Source of the DNA: Pristiophorus japonicus | Lineage: Eukaryota | DNA: 64,000 bases | Direction of reading: 5' to 3' | Assembly: GCF_044704955.1 (NCBI RefSeq) | Contig: NC_091982.1 | Span: forward strand, 167,462,001-167,526,000 | Shown here: piece by piece, positions 62,601 to 64,000 of the stretch | How positions within the stretch are numbered: the stretch's first letter is position 1 | Layout of the letters: each line of letters opens with the position of its first letter | Notes under the pieces: model-generated | The model's database searches: none | What the model saw: the letters and a program-made list of their open reading frames with translations, nothing else | What the model was told of the DNA's origin: nothing | Program-made: the position numbers and the translations under genes

Positions 62601-64000
62601 TCGAACAACGATGGAAATCTGCTCAGAACCTGGGCACATGAGGCATCATTGACAGACGAAAGCGCTCGGATGTCGTCCCAGTTTCAGCGGATTTTTCCCA
62701 GCCAGCTTCTGCCAAACAGTGTGGGGCCATCCCCTGGCACGATCCACAGCGGGACTTCGTGTACTGCTCCATTGTAGGAGACTTTGACTTCTGCACTGCC
62801 AATTACAGGGAATAGTTCCTTGGTGTAAGTCCTTAGTTTGGTGTGAATGGGGCTGAGCTTGGGCCTGTGTGCCTTGTTGCACCACAGCCTCTTGAAGGCC
62901 TTTTTACTCATTATGGACTGATTCGCACCCCTGTCCAGTTCCAGAGATACAGGAATTCCATTCAGTTCATCTTTCAACATCGTTGGTGGATATTTCGTGG
63001 TGAATGTGTGTACCCCGTACACTTCTGCCTCATTGGTACGAGTTTCCAATTCAGCCTGATCCACAGTGGATCGATCTTCCTCTGCAGCGTGGTGGTTTGC
63101 AGGGTTTGCAGCTCGCCTGAACATTCGCTGGAGGTGTCCCATTGTTCTGCAGCCGTTGCATGCATAGTGCTTGAAGCGGCATTCATGGTCACCTCCACAA
63201 TGCCAACAAGGTGTTAAATGCCTCGCATTAACGATTGATGGTGGATCTGGGTCATCTGAGGTCGTTCAGCAGCAGCCGGCGTGTATGTTCTGCCACGTAT
63301 ATTCCTGCTCAAAACTTTTGGCACAGTACTGGATGAAACGTCTTTACTCTGCGAAATCTGATTGGTGGACATAAATGCCTGGGCTATCGTTATGGCTTTG
63401 CTTAGATTCGGAATTTCAACACCTCAACAGTTTGCGAAGGATTACCTCATGGCCAAGGCCCAGTACAAAAAAGTCTCCAAGCATTTGTTCTAGGAGTCCC
63501 TCAAATTCGCAAAGTCCTGTGAGGCGCCTTAGTTTGGCGACATAGCTCGCTACTTCCTGGCCCTCCGACCGTTGACACATGTAAAACCGATATCTCGCCA
63601 TCAAATCGCTTTCCTTAGGATTTAGGTGCTCCCAGACCAGTGTACACAATTCTTCATTGGATTTAGCTGTTGGTTTTACCGGAGCTAGAAGATTCTTCAT
63701 GAGGCCATAGGTTGTTGCCCCACAGACGGTAAGGAGGATCGCCCTTCGTTTTGCAGTGTTCTCGTCCCCTTCCAGCTCGTTGGCCACAAAGTATTGGTCG
63801 AGTCTCTCCACGAAGGCCTCCCAATCAGCCCCTTCTGAGAACTTCTCAGGATGCCAACTGTTTTTTGCATTTTCGTGCGGTTGTTCGTTACCTCGACGCC
63901 AATTGATGCGTTCATAATAAAGGATGAAACTAAGTACTGTGAACAATGAGCATGTGTGACCTTAGCTCCTTTAATAAGAGTCCAGAGTGCAGGTCGATCA
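59630..64000 (-). mobile_element. Gypsy/Ty3 LTR retrotransposon, near complete
   Basis: 3' LTR 59630-59834 (TGATG...CATCA) with adjacent PPT; 5' LTR from 63904 with PBS-like TGGCGTCGAGG; gag 63416-63946; PR 62684-63142. Confidence 0.95.
59864..62443 (-). CDS. Gypsy pol ORF (RT, RNase H, integrase), 859 aa
   Basis: RT (KLDL...FQDD), RNase H (EKEALA, TDHKPL), integrase HHCC and D,D,E motifs (MDY, SDNG, QAE). Confidence 0.9.
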   Translation of the reverse strand: MEFNKWASPIVLVLKGDGMARICGDYKVMINRSSLQEQHPLPKADDLFATLAGGKTFTKLDLTSAYMMQELEEFSKGLICINTHKGLLIYNRCLFGIRSAVAIFQRNMESLLKSVPRTVVFQDDILVTGRDTIEHLKNLEEVLSRLDRVGLRLKRSKYIFLAPEVEFLGRRIATDSIRPTNAKTEAIKNAPRLQNVTELRSFLGLFNYFGNFLPGLSTLLEPLHVLLRKGDDWVWGNSQEAAFEKARNLLCSKKLLVLYNPCKRLVLACATSSYGVGCVLQQANESGILQPVAYASRSLSKAERADSMIEKEALACVYGVKKKHQDLFGLKFELETDHKPLISLFSASKGINTNASARIQRWALTLSAYNYVIHHRPGTENCTDALSWLPLPTTGVEMAQPADLLMVMDAFENEKSPITAHQIRTWTSQDPLLPLVKSCVLHGSWSNLPAEMQEVIKPFQRRKDEMSLQADCLLWGRVVLPKKGRDTFICELHSTHPGIVMMKAIARSHVWWPGIDSDLESCVRQCNTCSQLSIAPREASLSLWSWPSKPWSRIHMDYAGPFLGKRLLVVVGAYSKWIECAIMSVSTSTATTESLRAMSATHDLPDVLVSDNGPCFTSADFKEFMTRNGIKHVTSAPFKPASNGQAEWAVQTIKQSLKRVSEGSLQTRLSRVLLSYRTRPHSLTGDPPAKLLMKRALKTRLSLVHPDFHDHVEGRQHQQSMCHDHANLSHDIEVNDPVFVLNYGHGPKWLTGTVIAKEGSRVFQVKLANGLMCRKHLDQIKLRFINSYEQPEEDTTNFDPPQHTQVATMVDHEAKHNIPSSPARPAAQQPSEELTNSPTPTFVPRRSTRERKAPDRLTL

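Overview
Vertebrate genomic DNA, very likely from a cartilaginous fish (inferred from CR1/HER1-type LINEs, DeuSINEs and Harbinger elements). Most of the window is transposon debris: CR1 LINEs, a tRNA-headed LINE, DeuSINEs, two Gypsy LTR elements, solo LTRs, a Penelope fragment and PIF/Harbinger elements/MITEs. The main host feature is missed by the ORF track: two intact three-exon CC chemokine genes on the minus strand (CDS spans 21149-27142 and 37420-41558, 92 aa each). They lie in a head-to-tail segmental duplication: unit A ~10.7-31.1 kb, unit B ~31.1-45.7 kb, and a partial unit C from ~45.7 kb that is cut off by a TE pile at 49092. The paralogs have identical signal peptides. Five of their six amino-acid differences remove positive charge (mature net charge by hand count about +14 vs +6), and their promoters differ in GAS, GC-box and octamer motifs. 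Chemokine exon coordinates were checked by hand; TE boundaries are approximate unless a TSD is given.
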